A stretch of DNA of 62,986 nucleotides, counting the filler, from Sphacelaria rigidula (Eukaryota): NCBI GenBank assembly GCA_964200075.2. It is 10 parts of 10 records of this genome, joined end to end, with 100 filler letters (N's around TTAATTAATTAA, not from the genome) between each part and the next. Parts side by side here need not be neighbours in the genome. Positions count along the whole stretch, not along the records: positions 12,619 to 18,827 come from CAXNAA020021500.1; positions 18,928 to 25,136 come from CAXNAA020021501.1; positions 25,237 to 31,445 come from CAXNAA020021502.1; 7 more parts are not named here. The stretch is one strand, 5' to 3'. Below are positions 13,192 through 25,979 of the stretch, in pieces. Numbering within the stretch: the first letter of the stretch is position 1; the number at the start of each line of letters is the position of its first letter. Under the pieces are notes generated by a model that saw only the letters and a list, made by a program, of their open reading frames with translations, was not told the origin of the DNA and did no database searches. The translations under genes were made by a program, and so were the position numbers.

Positions 13192-14150
13192 AGGATATGA
13201 CGAGCAAGAGGCCGCTTTTGCTCCGCATCCACTCGCTCATCGGTCGTTACCGCAAAAAACTACTTGAAATATTCGCACACGGTGCTGTTAATGCACGAAA
13301 CGAGTATGCAGCCTGTGCCGTAATGTACGAAAACACAGTGCCACAACGCTGTCTGTACACATGTAGAGAAGAAAAAACTTCCCATAAAATGTAAACTACT
13401 CATTAACTATTTTTTTTTGTCGAGTAGTAGACCACAAGATCTACATACAGGTATTACACAAAAATCCGAATATCGAAGCGACAGCACAGTCAGTGTTCGC
13501 GTGGATAATTATCATGCTGCACGTAAGACTCCTCCAGCACACGCTACTGCTAGATAGGACTACAGAGGTGGTTTATTCTAGACGTGATACAACGGCCAAA
13601 AGGATGACGACGATACTCGGAAGTTGAATTGAAATACTGTACGTGCTGCAGGAGCCAGGCGTCCTTTTTTGCACCAGATCTTCGTAGCTGATCAGGTAGT
13701 TGATTGGTAGTTGATTGGTTGATCGATTTTCGCACATAAAGTGATTTATGAGAAATCCAGTCCTGGTCATCATCCACAAGATAGACGTACCCAGGGTTAA
13801 TACTCGTATACCTTGAAAATGTGTACAGCGATGCAGAAATTGTTCACCTCTTCCTCGAGGCGGTGTGCTGTTATGTGGTCCTTTTCTTGTAATACCTAGT
13901 ACATTCGTATATATGGCTGTCCCTCTACAGGTACACGGATAGAACCATGCGCTTATTATCGCTATGGCTACTCGTGGTAATCTTCGGTTCTTGAGTCTGG
14001 CTCCATTTCTGTTTGGCTTCGCGTATCGAGTGGAAACATTGGGCTCTGCCTCCAGTAGTCCGAATGCTCGCCTGCGATACCGGAACTAATGAGGTCAGCG
14101 GCAGTATTTATTTTTCTCTTGTATCGCGTCTGTGAACTTTGCTGAGCCCT

Positions 14151-14190
<40 letters not shown>
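14151..14190 (+). repeat. (CAA)n microsatellite
   Basis: Directly visible. Confidence 0.95.
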
Positions 14191-14193
<3 letters not shown>

Positions 14194-14626
14194 AGCGCCA
14201 ATGAAGCGCCAATGAACGGTATTGACCTGCTATGCTCAATTGTCTTGTGTTTCCGTTGCCACAATCGAGCATGACCGTAGCATTCGCAGACCTTGAGGGA
14301 AAGAAAGCGACGGAGAAACGCGTGCAACTTGGCTTCATAAGGTACAGTACGAGGTAGCACATGATAGATGAATGTCAACCCTTTGACCGCGAACCCCCGC
14401 AAGGGGACTTCGATTCATTATGTAACATGTGGGGTTCAGAACAACTGTTTTTTCAGGAGACAAAACATATTTTTCCATGACAGAGACTCCAGTGTACCAA
14501 TGGACAACATGTATTCCGAAAAGACTCGTCACAGAACCCAACGTCATCACCTACACCAACAACGACGACGACCATAACAATGACGGTGACGATGACAATG
14601 ATCGCAAGCGTACAGTTGCACCTCAC

Positions 14627-14905
14627 CTTCCTCTTCACCGGAGTCTGCACGACACTCCCCTCTTTATCAGGTGATCCAGACAAAGCCATCGCTCCCGCTG
14701 CCGCCACCTCGGAGACCCCCGGACCCACCCCCCCCGCTTGGACATTTTGGTCCCACGCACTCTCTAGCGGTCGCACTCCTTGTCCGTTTTCGACGGCGGC
14801 GGAGTTATGGCTCAAGAAAGTGGGAATGTTGTCCAGGGGCAATGAACTGTTGCTGAGGTCGTTGTCATAGCCGGCGCGCTTGCTGGGCCTGCTCCACATC
14901 CCCAT
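14627..14905 (-). CDS. Probable exon (93 codons) of the contig-3 multi-exon gene
   Basis: Acceptor AAACAG|ATG, donor AAG|GTGAGG, open frame (MGMWSRPS...TPVKRK). Confidence 0.5.
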
Positions 14906-16197
14906 CTGTTTCGTTTTCGTGTTCATGTGCAGAATTGTCGGGGGGGGGGGCGAAAAAACATGAGAAATATCAAGGGGGTCCGAAATATATTTTCTTGACC
15001 AACACTCCAACGCTTTCAACTTCGACCTTTCAGACAAGAGCGTAGGTAACCAGGGTACCATTAACCCCCAATAAGACCATACTGAATCCTATATAAACAT
15101 TGAGCACTCTATTTCCTATATAATTGGAGCATAACATACCGTCTACCCAGAACGTAGCCTTCACCACGAAACCCCCTGTGGGCCACCCGCCTCCGCTGGC
15201 ATACTGTTGTGCTGGCGTAAGGGTGTTATGCTGTAGCCAAGTGATCAAGAACCGGTGATACTTAATTCGGGTCATATTCTCTGCCACACTAGACACGATT
15301 CGGCGACGACCCGCGGTCGTCTGGATTACCCTACTACTGCAGGTTGAAAGGATGACTAGAGGGCTGACCATGTGGTGAATCACGTCGGGAACGGCGCAAG
15401 TACCATGCGAGATGCTTTCACAGTCTTCTCCCTCGCCTGATTTTCTTCCTGCGCACAATTTAGCCAACTTTTGACCTTAGAAACAATTGGGGGGTAGGGA
15501 TGTTGGTTAAGAAAACATTTTTTCGGACCCCCCTTGAAATATGGAAAATGAATTTTCACATTGTCCCACATTACCTGATCCGCTACGAAATCTAGTCATG
15601 ATAATGGAAGCATAATCCGTCCAAACAGTCGGAGGAATAACAATCTGTCTGAAAATTGCCTGATTTTCGTGTATATGATTCGTACCGTACAAATTAATCC
15701 TTCGGCCTCGTTTTTCGGCGTTGAGGTATAGGTACGCGCACCCCAGGGAGCATTGTAGAGCACGCCTTTTGCCCTTAGACCATCACGCGAGAATTATAAC
15801 ACGCGACACGTTATACAAACCTATACAGAAGTAACCTCACCCAAGGACGCCACCAGAAGGGAAAAAAACGGGGGAAAAAAACAGAAAAATAAAAATGTCG
15901 TAATTGGACCCCAAGATCTGTCACCAAGCTAAGATTGCTGTACCTGTTTGGGCTATACCACCGGGCGCATACATTGTGGGAAGGAAAACAAAAACCGAAG
16001 CAAAAAATCTCGCGAACCGCAAACCCGAGCGATTGGCTGTTGCTTCGGTCCCGCTAAAGCTGTGAAATCCACCATATGCTGAAACGATACCATCACCGTA
16101 ACGCACCCATCGCGAATCACACAGCTGAAGTATGACACACGCACACACTGGATCATGAGAAACAGGCACTGAGTTATGTTACACACAAAGAACTCAC

Positions 16198-16791
16198 CAG
16201 ATCAGTACTCGAAAACGACGGAGGAACAGGCTTCCCATCGCTACTATTCAGCAAAATCTCATCATCCGCAACATCTCCTTCGTCTTCTCCAAGATGGCTT
16301 CTATCAGCAACCTCATCGCTCCCGCCATCTCCCTCTTCCACCCCAACCGTCCCCGGATAAAGCACCAAATCAGCTGAGGCGTCTTCATCTTCTCCTCCTT
16401 CTCCTCCGTCATCTTCGTCGTTTACATCAGCGCCACCAGTGGAGTATGACATTTTCGTTTCTTCACTACCCCCAATTGCACCCCTTTCCCCTCGGTAGCC
16501 GCCGACGCCACCGCCGCCTTCGACATGGCCGGGCAGAAGCGAGTCGTGCTCAGCAGGAGTTATTGCTGGTGAAACAACCAGATCAAGCCCGTTTCGGTGT
16601 GTGTCGCTTGGGGTCGCCAGCGGGGTGGTGGTGTGGAGAGCTTGCGCGGGGAGGTTGCTGTAGTCGTTTCTAGTTCCGGTGTTGGTAATGGTGGCGGCCG
16701 TGGTGGTCGATGTCACCATGGGTCGAGGAGCGGCGGTTACGACCGAGAAGAACGTTTTGGTGGAGGCATCCCCTCCGTCTTCCTTTGTTGA
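16198..16791 (-). CDS. Probable exon (198 codons), acidic and Gly/Thr-rich
   Basis: Acceptor CACCAG|TCA, donor CTG|GTGAGT, phase 0 at both ends, fully open. Confidence 0.65.
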
Positions 16792-17655
16792 CTGGTGTGT
16801 GTAAAGTTCGTGTGTTTTTGTAGGGAAAGAAGTGCAAACGGGGGCGGGGGGAGGGGGAGCAGGGGAGGGCGCACTTTCGTTCGTTTGCTTGCCCTCGTCA
16901 ATTGACGAATGAACACGTATCCCTTCCGAGACGGAGCACCGTTCCCACTCCTGATAAAGGCCCCTCCAACATTTCCGCGCCCATTACATCTCTTCTAGAC
17001 GTTACACAACAGCATTTTACACATGTATTCATCTTCCTGCTTCGCCGTTTGTGACCACCATCTATCTCATACTACAGGCGGGGCAGGAATAGAGTAGCGA
17101 ATGGCTGGGCTACTATCCATTATGTGACCACTGCCCCCCCACATGCCGCGGAGATCAGCGCATGCGATACAATCAATCAAATAATACATCTACATTTTTT
17201 ACCTTGATACCGTAAATTGTTGTGCGTGACGGGAAAAATAAAAAATAAAAAATAAAAAAGTAGCTGAATGCCTACCGTCTATTAGATTCGATTTGACTCG
17301 AAAAAAAGCATGTCAAATAAAAACTCGAACAACACAGGACACGCACACACGTCGTGTACAACGTGTAGCGAGTAGGTGGATGGGCAGGTGCCGTTAAATA
17401 CAGCACGAAACGTCCATCTATTTTAGGACACACAGACACGAAAAACAACGTCATTTTCACCCCCCAGGTAACATTTACATCACACATCACATGTGACTCC
17501 AACCTCCATGCCTTCAGCTTCGAGTACAGCTTCTCAACAAGCGTGCGTAGAGCTCAGACAACACTTCAACGGCCGCGCAGTTGACGATACTATACACTCG
17601 GCGAAACACGTCTCCTGTGAAATAATCAAATGTCCTAGATATGAATCGTGTGTAC

Positions 17656-17882
17656 CTTCTGGTGGTAACATCCCTCCGCCCCCGCTGCCGCCCCCGTCGC
17701 CGCTGCCGCCCCGGCCGTCCAGGTTGGCACCGGCGTCACCGTTGCCGAGAGACCATCGGGCGAAGGAGGAGGGCGATCGAAAGGTAAGGATGTTGCATCA
17801 AGAGTCCGCATATTCTCCACATCATCCCTCTCCTCCTCGTCCTCGTCCTCCTCATCTTCCTCTTGCGCTACCTCCGTTTCTA
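17656..17882 (-). CDS. Probable exon, acidic and Ala-rich
   Basis: Open frame (EVAQEEDEEDEDEEERDD...) after a T-rich acceptor. The phase-0 donor AAG|GTACAC is compatible with the 16791 exon. Confidence 0.6.
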
Positions 17883-20800
17883 CTTTGAAATTGTGAAACA
17901 AAACGAAACAAAATAAGGATGAACATGAAAAACAAAATAAAAATAAGTCAATGAAAATAATAATAAATAACCACTAATGATGATAAAAATAAACCGTCGA
18001 CGAAATTCGTCAGTTACCATGTAACTTGTGCTATTCAGGTTAATCCTTTTCGAACCCACTGACGATTTTTTGTTCTTGTGAATAAGCATCCTTTTCAGTC
18101 ATTTTCACGTCATCATCCGGTTGGCGTTAACCTGTTTGCGGTATGTTCTTGCGTTGGTTGGAGATGCGCAGCATGTGCAGATGCACAAAGCAGTCCTGAA
18201 ACGACATTTCCTGGACATTCCTCACACGACCCGCGTGTAACCTCAGGGCTCACCAAATCAATTTCTGGACAACGACATATAACAAACAACAAAAACATAT
18301 CTGAACCAGGGCATGAGGAGTAACGACCTCGCAATACCAGTGCCGTGCAAGTCCACATTGAATCGGGTGAGGCTGGTTTCCAAACCCCCCGCTGATATAG
18401 AGTAGGAAAGGACGACAACTATGCCTGCTTCCTCGCCCTCCCCCAGTGCATTCCAATAAAAAAACTAAAAAAACACAACAAGAAATAAACTACTGGATGA
18501 GGGCGAAACACCTGCAGAAGGAGAAAAAAGAATAACAGGCAGAAGTAAAGAACACCATACGAAAAATACAAAACAAAAGTTCCAGAAATATTAAAAAAAA
18601 AGCAAAAAACAATTGAACATTTTGGTCACGAAAAGGACAAAAAAGGTCATCTTCCAGTGAGCCCGTGCATTCATGTATCCCATATGCCGATGCCGATGTC
18701 ATTGCCAGCATTCTTCCTTGATTTTAAAGAGGCAAAATACTCCTGCAGTACAGTACAACAGAAGGGGAGATCCTGCCCCTCCCCCCCCCCCCCCCCGCAC
18801 CGGCCCCCACCACCGCCCCCCCCACCCNNNNNNNNNNNNNNNNNNNNNNNNNNNNNNNNNNNNNNNNNNNNTTAATTAATTAANNNNNNNNNNNNNNNNN
18901 NNNNNNNNNNNNNNNNNNNNNNNNNNNCGGGTCTTCCGTGCAAGAGAGATATGCCACTTCAGCCCCATATTTTGTATGAACCCCAAAATATAAAATCGGC
19001 TGTTATCTAGTATTGATCGTCTCACCGAGGGGAAGGTGGTCATCTACTCAAACATTTGGGCCCAATTTTTCGCGTTAAATCCACTCCATGTCTAGTTATT
19101 CCTATACCTAACGGAGATGGCGTCCATGCTAGGATCTCTGTGAAACTCCCGATCGATGCATTCAGCAGATGGCGACTAATTTTGGTACGGAGAATCACGA
19201 AAGAGTGCCGAATAAAACACAAAATGGGCCTTCCATTTTTTTTTCGTAGAGGTTAGGGCGTTTTCGTGAAATATGGTCTGTACCTATTTTACCTAGTTCG
19301 TTATTTATCCCGAGATATGGCGTACATACGTTCCAACACTATACTCAATATATGACGAGCAGAGGCACTAGATGCCTTAAATTTGGATATCGCGTCTCAG
19401 GTTTGGAGGGTTGTTCGATAAAATCTCGTGTGGTAAACCGCGAGTGCATAATGAAAAAAAATGAAAACGGCTTGTTAGTTTTTTCATTTTTCTCATTCTT
19501 TTTTAATTTTTTTCGTGTTTTTAGTGGAGAAATGAACATTGCTCTTAGGCCTTATCTCAATGTTGCAGCTCAATTTTTAGAATTGTGATTTGAGAGTTAG
19601 CATGGAAAAACACAAAATATCAATGCTACGGTAGGGGTGCACTTTTTGCGCTAAATCTTGTCTGGTTCAGGGGCTCCTATCGATTCTAGATTGTACAAGG
19701 ATATGGGTCAGGGCATCCCCGTTCGCAAATTGAATGGGGGTATCCCTAGCCCACTGGGATAGTAATCCCGGCATACTCTCACATATTACATACATCGTGT
19801 CGTGGATAAGATAAAGGGTTCCTAACAATTCCAACCTCAGGAAATATTTGTGCACCCCTATCGTAGCATCACTCAAAAGTTTGCCGCAAAAAAAAAATGG
19901 GCCTTCATTTGTTTTCATAGAGATTAGGGCGTTCTCGTGAAGCAATGGTCTTTATCATACTAAAACGCCGTAAACCAGTGGAAAAAAAGTTAAAAAAAAC
20001 TGACCCACTGAGTCTTGTCGATTATGCCTTAGAGAGCGCCCACACAAAATTTCAATGCACGAAAACCAAACGTGGGCCGGTGAGTGGCCTTCGAAATACT
20101 GTTCCGAATTTCCACCGATCCGGTTCTCAAAAGGCCCATGCTCAGGCCAATATTTAGAGCTGGAGTGTGATGGTATATGACCACGTGCGAGAATTAAACT
20201 AGTACAGTAGGATACTATAATAGATCGATCTATAAACGATTGGCGGGTATGAAAAGATTCTAGTCGAATGTGTGCTTGTAAAGTAGATATATAAGTGGTG
20301 CGTTTTTGGATAACGCTGCGCGTTCTGAGGAATCTATAGACTGGTCTGCGCATCCTCGGCCGTGCAACCACGCACATTCCTACGGACGCTTTAATTGGCC
20401 ACAGCATGGCGCGCCAGGCTGATTTTGTAACCGGATTGCTCGTAACGGATTAGTCATTTGGGGCACGCGCCTGCCAATAAAGGTTGATGAGAGGCACACG
20501 CTGATTTTGTATCATGGCATTTGTATGCAGGGCAGGGTAAGGCTGAGCAGCGCCCCTACCTCGCCAACCTAGTCAGTCGACCCACCGATCAGTCTGCAGG
20601 CATCTATTGGATATAAGAAGAGCTTTTTACCCGTGGCCTAGCACCATCGGTCTCTCCTGTCTACACGGTCGCGAGTCCACAGCCTTGACGTGAGTCTCTA
20701 GCTGTGCTGTACTATCACCCTTACCCACGACTGTTATTTGTATTCAGGCTTTGGGCTATGTGATTCCCCATTAACAGCTGAGTTATTGTATTGAGAGATT

Positions 20801-20949
20801 GAAACCGCAGTTTGAGTTTAACAAATCGAACCAGGACCGCTTGCTGACACCCCCCAAAGGGTGTGGCTTGCTTGCGTCGGCGTATACGGCATTAGTGCTC
20901 TGCGGTATTACTTTTACTGCGACATTCGTGGGGCTTCAGCTGGGATCTT

Positions 20950-23900
20950 GTTATCTCAAGCCGTAGGATTTTCTCTCTCACTCGGTCGCTGTTCAACACC
21001 GCCCCTGTTTATTTCTTTTTTCAAGCCTTGTATTTTCGACTCTAGATTTCACTTGATATTTGTATACACGATTTATCTGTGTGACCACACCCGGGTTTTG
21101 TTTTTTCAGAGACAGCTGTCTTCATTTTTACTTACAGTTTGACAGCTGGTCTGACCACAGGCCACAGATGGCTCGCAATGTGCCCAGTTCCGTCTCAGAC
21201 AGTGATGAGCGCACGCTCAGGCGCTTGAGGCGCGCGCTTTCGCGAGCTCTCCTTCGGTGTACAACAAACCCTTCCCCCATCCACAGGTCATCCAGTTAGT
21301 GCAGACAACGACACTTTCTACGATAGCCCCACCCTCAAAAGTGCATGGTTTTGGGAGGCAAAATCTCCACGTAAGTCGAAATGAGAAAAACCGAGCACGA
21401 CGAGCAGCTGGCAATTCCCACTCTTGGGTTCGTTCTAGCCAATGTCGCCAATATGAAGCGCTTCATGCAGCCTGAACCCAAACATCAAGCGCTGTATGGC
21501 CATTTGTTTCGTGACACTTTTGGGCTGGTTTTGGGGGGGGGCTATCGTAGAAAGTGTCCAACCATGCTGTGAAGAAGGAACTCTCTCCGGTATCGTTGTT
21601 TACCGTGCGCAGCGAACAACATGCTATCACGCACATTCAATCTGACAACCGTTCCCCTTCTCATCCGCAAACGTGTCTTGAAAAATACAGCCGCTCCCAC
21701 GTTTGTTGTTTAGATACGCCCCTCACGGGCCCGTACCTTTTTCAACGCCCGCCCCGACCACCTGCTCCCGCCAGTGCCCCCGCTCACCGCTCGTCAATCC
21801 TGTATCAACTGTACCGGCCGACATATACGAAACACCTGCCAATCTACTTACCAGCAGGGAGCACCCGGGCCATTTCAATCGCAGCCCGCTGTGCAAACGA
21901 CTTCTCTTTCCTAAACACTGAACGTTGAGCTCACCATGTACACCGAAATATATCGATGAGACATAATGGGCCGGGACTAAGGATGTTGTCTGCACACGCA
22001 AGGTACACGAGCATGATTGAACACGGCGAGACGCGAGGCTTACGTTACTTGTACACAAGCTCCCGACTCTGTACATTGTCACTTTTACACGGCACCAGTG
22101 TGCACTACAGTTTGATTGTCTCCACACCAAACACGCACTACAGTTCATACTTGATCGTCCAGAAGGCGGCGTACCTTTCGCGTTGAAATATTGTTATGAA
22201 TTGAAGTACTGACCACAGTACAGTACCGTCTGGCTCACAAGTGATCTCGGCGGTCAAAATGTTTGCGGACGGTGAGGTGCCGTGCTGTAGCAGTTGGTAC
22301 TGCTGCCCTTTCTGAACAACGTCATGTATATTGCATTGTAGACATGATCGCACACGGCGCGGGTATAACGTTGTGTCGTGTTTTCTTCGTGTGATACGAA
22401 AAAATTGACGTCGGTACTGCATTGTTGACCCAGCCCGCTGCACCACGCGAAGATCATATATTCTGTACTGTGCCACACAGCATTTTGCTGTCTGGTGCTT
22501 TGTACGTTGCTGTTTGTACTGCACTACATATTTGTATTACCGTTGTGCTTGTACATGTATTGGCTGTCCACCTGCACGACGATACGTGATCGAAACCCCG
22601 ATTCGGCTATTTTCAGCGAACTGCGCGGTACTGTAATAAGTATCGCCAGCTGCGCTGGTATTTCCTCTGGAAATACGGCATCCGACAGTTTTGTTTTCTT
22701 CTCAACCTCAACATGTTCTCAAAACAGAACTGGGCGGTTTCACGTTGCTGTTCCGCTGTTGACAGCCACAGCTTTCCCTTCATGGCGTGCAGGTTTGTCG
22801 AAGGCGCTGTTGCGGTGTTGGCAGTCACTGTATGTCTCATTGTGACAACGGTCGTTTTCTTCTTGTCTCTTTGCTGTTAGAGTTTATCCACCACACACAC
22901 ACAAATACTGTTTGTTGGGTGCCTTCGACATTGTTTTTCCCCTTCGTCTGCAGAGTGCGCGGAGCTACATGTCGATCAAACACTGTCGACAGTACCCTAC
23001 CACTCGATTCCTTTCAGTTTTTGTTCACGCCGTCTCAGTCCTGAACAACTATGCGTACTCCCACGACGAAACGTTCACTTTTCAACCTCCGCATCTCTAT
23101 GTTATCGGTCTTGCGCAATTGCGCAGGTTACAAGCCATGTCTGATGTCCACCGCCCTTCGACGTCATCTGACTACGAAATCACCAACGACAGTGCGCTTC
23201 CTTCAGATAGTGGTGAAACAACCGTACAGTCAACCACGCGTGGTGAGACGGTTGGCAAAAACGAACCGGAACGTTTTGATGTTGGTGATAGCGTCATTGC
23301 AGGACGTATTCTCAGGGGCGTGAGTGTGGATGACTACGATCCCCCTCCACATGCTCACCTTAACCCCCTTGGTGCACACTCCCCTGTACACCCACCAGCC
23401 GCTCGAAACGCTGCTGGTGTTTCCACTCTTCATTCCCAGATGGCATCGCTCCACTTGAGCCCTGATGCTGCGGGAACCTTTCTTGACCTCTGCACCCAAT
23501 CTGGGGCTGAACCACCGTAATTGCCCCACTCTGGCTTTTAATACGCCACCCAAATCGGAACAACCCCTGCCCACGCGTGACGAAACACACGACAGGCTTC
23601 AGCAAACCCACCCGGCCTTCATGCCCTCGCGCCATTGGTACAACTTTCCAGTGGCTGAACAAACGGCGTGCTGGGATCAGATTCGCAGCAACGATCTAGC
23701 ACAGATTGAACGTGAACACAGAGAGTCAGAATTTGCCCGCCTACAGTTCTACAAGGGTTCAGGAGCCCGCACAGGCCCCCCATAATGTAGATGTCCACCC
23801 CGAGAAAAAGCCAACGGAACAAAGTGAACTAGAACGCGCGATACGCGAATCCACGGGGGGCTCTGGAAATTGCAGAACAAGAATATAAGCTGCTGACAAA

Positions 23901-25106
23901 AAGACATTTGAAAGCTTCGCGCCATTTTTCACCATGTTGGCAAGTCTGGCATCACAACTGCGTTCGTACGGACGCCTGCTCCGCCCCAGAAGCGACAACT
24001 GATTCGACGATACTGATAATCGCTAACGTTGTCTACCGCTTGGCCCACCTGACCTGGCACACTTTCAACCACATGCACCGGCCCACTCACAAAACGGTAA
24101 GCTTTTACTCATGAGATAACTAGTGTTGTGGCTGAACCCCACGAGGAAGGTACCCACACAACACTGATGCTCACCTCACAACTTGACAACTTTTTGGGAA
24201 CGTTCTACCACTTCCGGACATTCCAAACAGCATCCAGCGGGGTACCCCAGGACGCGTTACTTGGCCCAAGACCTAAACGCTGCCACCTGCCTGTTTATTT
24301 TCTACTTCTGTAGTTCATTTCTCATCAGTTGATACAATCTCACAATCAGAAATAAACAACGACCGGTAATTCACCGCAAAAGTATCCAACAATTTTATGT
24401 CAACATTTGTTTTTCGCTCGGCCAGGTCACAGACATCACCCACCTGAATCAAAATCGGCCACCGCGGGTTCAACCATGTGGTGTGGGTTCCCTGGATATG
24501 CTGACACTGCCGCGAAGGGTTCCAAGACAGTCGAAGCCCGTGCACCGTTGCATGGCTATCAATTGAGCGGTGATCAAACCCAACGTTTTAATCCTGGATT
24601 TGATCACCCAGTCTTACATCCACCATTACTAATCATATTCAATCGAACCCCTTCCCTTCGGAGGAGAGGAAGTCATGTAGTGCAGTTTCTAACGCATCCG
24701 GAGCCGAAATATCTTCTGGTACGGTAGACACTGCCTCTTTGATCGTTCATCGGAGAACACCAAATTCGAAGCCACACACTCAAGCACCCTCCAACTGCTC
24801 GAGTGCCCGGCAAACCACCCTCCCGAGTTCCGCAAAAACTACGGTACCCGGTTCCCTTTAATTTTGATGAGCGTAATTATTCCTTGGAGGGTCGCAACCG
24901 CGAAGAACCCATGCTTTCCGTCGCTCAGCGGGTTGGAATGGAACCCCAAGTGACAGCGACTCAGATGGTGCGCCAAGAGCGTGGCCAAGGCTCGACTGTC
25001 CGAGAACTCTTTTCAATAGCTCCTGGAGCCGCCGACCTTTTCGTGCGCTATACGCGTCACCCTAGGCGGGCTGCTCCAGAGTCATCCTACGATAGGGGGG
25101 GGGGGT
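20950..25106 (+). mobile_element. Dispersed repeat family A, copy 2, with a decayed gag-like ORF
   Basis: Homologous to 1-3175 (inverted). The ORF remnant starts at ATG 23137 (MSDVHRPSTSS) and has stops and frameshifts. The copy ends in GATAG followed by poly-G. Confidence 0.8.
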
Positions 25107-25979
25107 ATTTTGGGCCATTTGTTGCTCGAAATTTCGNNNNNNNNNNNNNNNNNNNNNNNNNNNNNNNNNNNNNNNNNNNNTTAATTAATTAANNNNNNNN
25201 NNNNNNNNNNNNNNNNNNNNNNNNNNNNNNNNNNNNGGAGAGGGGGCAAGGGGAGCGGGGGGGGGCGCGGCGCGGGGGGGGGGGGCGGGGGGCGCCCGGC
25301 GGTTATCGGAATAATACAGAAATCGTATGCGCTAGCAAGCTATATTGCTGTTTCTGATCCCGACAAGTAGACGTAGCTTCGACTACAAACCATAAATCTA
25401 CGCATTCCTACATATATTTTCGACCACAAAAATAAAAAAGTAAAAAGTGACTGCTGACAAACTCGATGGGCACATATCGACCATAAATCGTGAGTTCGGA
25501 ATACCAAATTTGGCCAGTGCACGTACTGGGGAGGGGTTACGACACTACAAATGGCGGAGTAAAATTTCCTCTGTTGCACCAGTTGTGTGAACCCCGATGT
25601 TGTCGACACGCAGGGCGGCCACGCCGCCGAATATTTCGAACACACTTGGGACAGAGTGTAGTATGGATACGAGTGGCTTGAGGTGTCGATGCCAGGGTTT
25701 AAAAAAAGCGTGTGCGCATGTGCGCCGGCACAGATTTCAAGAAGAGCCATTTGCATGTGACTTAACGCACAAAATATAATCGGGCCACATATCTTTCGCC
25801 GTAGGCAAAATATATATATAGGCGGGGGTGCTTCTCGCCGGCAAGCAAAAAACATATTGCGGCTGTCCGCTAAATTTTTGGTTTGCCCGAAAGGTTCATG
25901 CGGGCATTTGTAGATTTGTTTCATCGTATACGCCCTGATACATACAATACTCCAATTAATGGGCCAAAACAAATATTAA

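Noticed and set aside
18928..20150. AT-rich region with a ~55-bp direct repeat (~19220 and ~19895)
   Set aside because: Probably a transposon subterminal region, but the ends and family could not be defined.
20166..20420. 5' LTR (TGTGA...CA) plus PBS TGGCGCGCC as the LTR of family A
   Set aside because: The sequence after the G-run at 25106 does not match it and there is no second copy. It could belong to another element.
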